NCBI GenBank assembly: GCA_964016885.1
Contig: OZ024744.1
Coordinates: forward strand, 81,096,001-81,160,000
Direction: 5' to 3'
Origin: Eledone cirrhosa
Taxonomy: Eukaryota
DNA: 64,000 nucleotides
Positions 62,532-64,000 of this stretch are shown here, piece by piece. Numbering within the stretch: the stretch's first letter is position 1; each line of letters starts with the position of its first letter. The notes under the pieces are model-generated. The model made no database searches. It was not told the origin of the DNA and saw only the letters and a list, made by a program, of their open reading frames with translations. Position numbers and translations under genes: made by a program.

Positions 62532-62850
62532 AAGGCATGTGGTTTTGTGGTTAGGGAATTCGGCTCATGATCGTAAGGTTGTGAGTTTGATCCCTGGCGG
62601 AACACTGTGTTCTTGAGCAAGACACTTTATTGCACATTGCTCCAGTTCACTCAGCTGGCAAAAATGAGTTGTACCTGTAATTCGAAGGGCCAGCCATGTC
62701 ACATTCTGCATCAGGCTGAATCTCCCTGAGAACTATGTTAAGGGTATGTGTGTTTTGGGAATGCTCAGCCACTTGCATGTTCATTTCACAAGCAGGCTGT
62801 TCCATTGATCTGATCAATGAGATCACTTGTCAAAATTAACAGAGTGCCCT
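62532..62850 (+). mobile_element. tRNA-derived SINE with an extended central domain (a related copy hosts the Helitron at 27808)
   Basis: A/B-box head; the ttgtacctgtaa...gctgaatctccctgagaacta...ctcagccacttgca body is similar to the flanks 27770-27807 and 28355-28430. Confidence 0.6.
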
Positions 62851-64000
62851 CCAATTCACATCTTCATAGATACTGTAAAGTGGTAGCGGTGGTGCCTCAA
62901 TAAAACAGCACTCAGTTGACCCTGTTAGGTGGTAGAGGTGGTGTCATGATAAATTGCATCCAGTACATGTGGTTCAGCGGTTGGTGTTAGGAAGGGCATC
63001 TGGCTGTAGAAACCACAACAAATTGGAACATATGTGGCACACAGTCATCTAAATACAGGGTCTTTGAAAACCAATTATTGTGAGTATTGATCTTGTTCCT
63101 GTTTCTCCACACTGAGCAAATTCACTTGTGAGAAGCTCCAGTGTTTTAGAAACATCATTGACAATGAGAAAACAACATTGATAAGATGTCATTGACAACA
63201 AGGAAACGTCGAGAGTAAGGAAATGTCGACAGCAAAGAAACACCATCGACAATGTACAAAGTTAGGTAAAAACATGTGTAATACTGGTCTACTGGATCAG
63301 AATAGCCCAGGGTAGGAAACAATAATAACAACAAAGACATTATCAATTGCAGTCCAATGAGCATGTGTTTATGCAGTCACATGACCTGTAAGAAACAAGT
63401 CTGTTTCAAGCCCAGAATCTCATCAGGCCGGTGCTTATCCCGGTTTCATTGGCATTCAGCAACTGAAAGTACAAGACTTCCCCTGGACAGGATGCCAGTC
63501 CATCACATGGTTAACCCCACCAGCTATAGCTGGTACTCATTTTCAGCTAAATATACTGAAGAACACAATACATAACCCAATCCAGAAATTGAATGCACAA
63601 CATTATGATCATAAGTCCAACACCCTAACCACAAGGCTATGTGCTGTCCACCTAACCATGCTCAAATCACACTCCACCTGGGCTTGTTCTATATTGGTAA
63701 CTTTTTTTTTTTTTACTTGGTAGTCTTCATAGGTCTTCAGAAATCAGAGACATTGATGTCATTGGTCCTCTGTTAAAATTGTTGCATATCCATTCTTTTA
63801 GAAAAGACACGAGGGCTGACTTACTGGACAGGAAGTATTTGGTGTAGTGAATAGTGTGAGGTATTAGCAGTTGTACACAATATGAGATATTGTTGGGAGC
63901 TGAAATATTTTCTGTCTGTGAAAGGGAAAGGCCAATCATTAAGATGCAATCCTATCTACTTTGAAGATATACATTTCCCATGAGAAAGAGCCATGGTGAA

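Noticed and set aside
63049-63939. Short minus-strand ORFs as exons of a second host gene
   Set aside because: No recognisable homology; a possible acceptor/donor pair exists but cannot be supported without transcript data.

Overview
AT-rich, repeat-dense eukaryotic (metazoan) genomic DNA. The SINE and MITE families look like those of cephalopods (Octopus-like); this is an inference. The only host gene I can support is the 3' half of TDRD3 on the + strand: four coding exons (2798-4209, 5080-5142, 10048-10170, 15158-15511) encoding a long N/S/Q/H-rich low-complexity region, a split Tudor domain and the C-terminal EFRRGG...PTQQYYMPP motif. The rest is transposon-derived. It includes a CR1-type LINE in a TDRD3 intron, head-to-tail arrays of tRNA-derived SINEs, piggyBac/hAT/Tc1-mariner MITEs, Helitron remnants, Penelope-type remnants with hammerhead-like cores and a 48-bp SINE-derived minisatellite. 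A 15-kb nested complex (33.2-48.4 kb) holds tandem Tx1/L1-clade LINEs, a solo LTR, and a pogo/Tc2-terminated element that itself carries a full-length Gypsy element (4-bp TSD, -1 frameshift pseudoknot, no tRNA primer-binding site). Remnants of RTE, Hero-like, CRE-like, Ingi/Vingi-like, hAT and Academ-like elements fill 50-62.5 kb. There is no CRISPR array or prokaryotic system. Boundaries of decayed repeats are approximate, and clade names come from motif recognition, not database searches.
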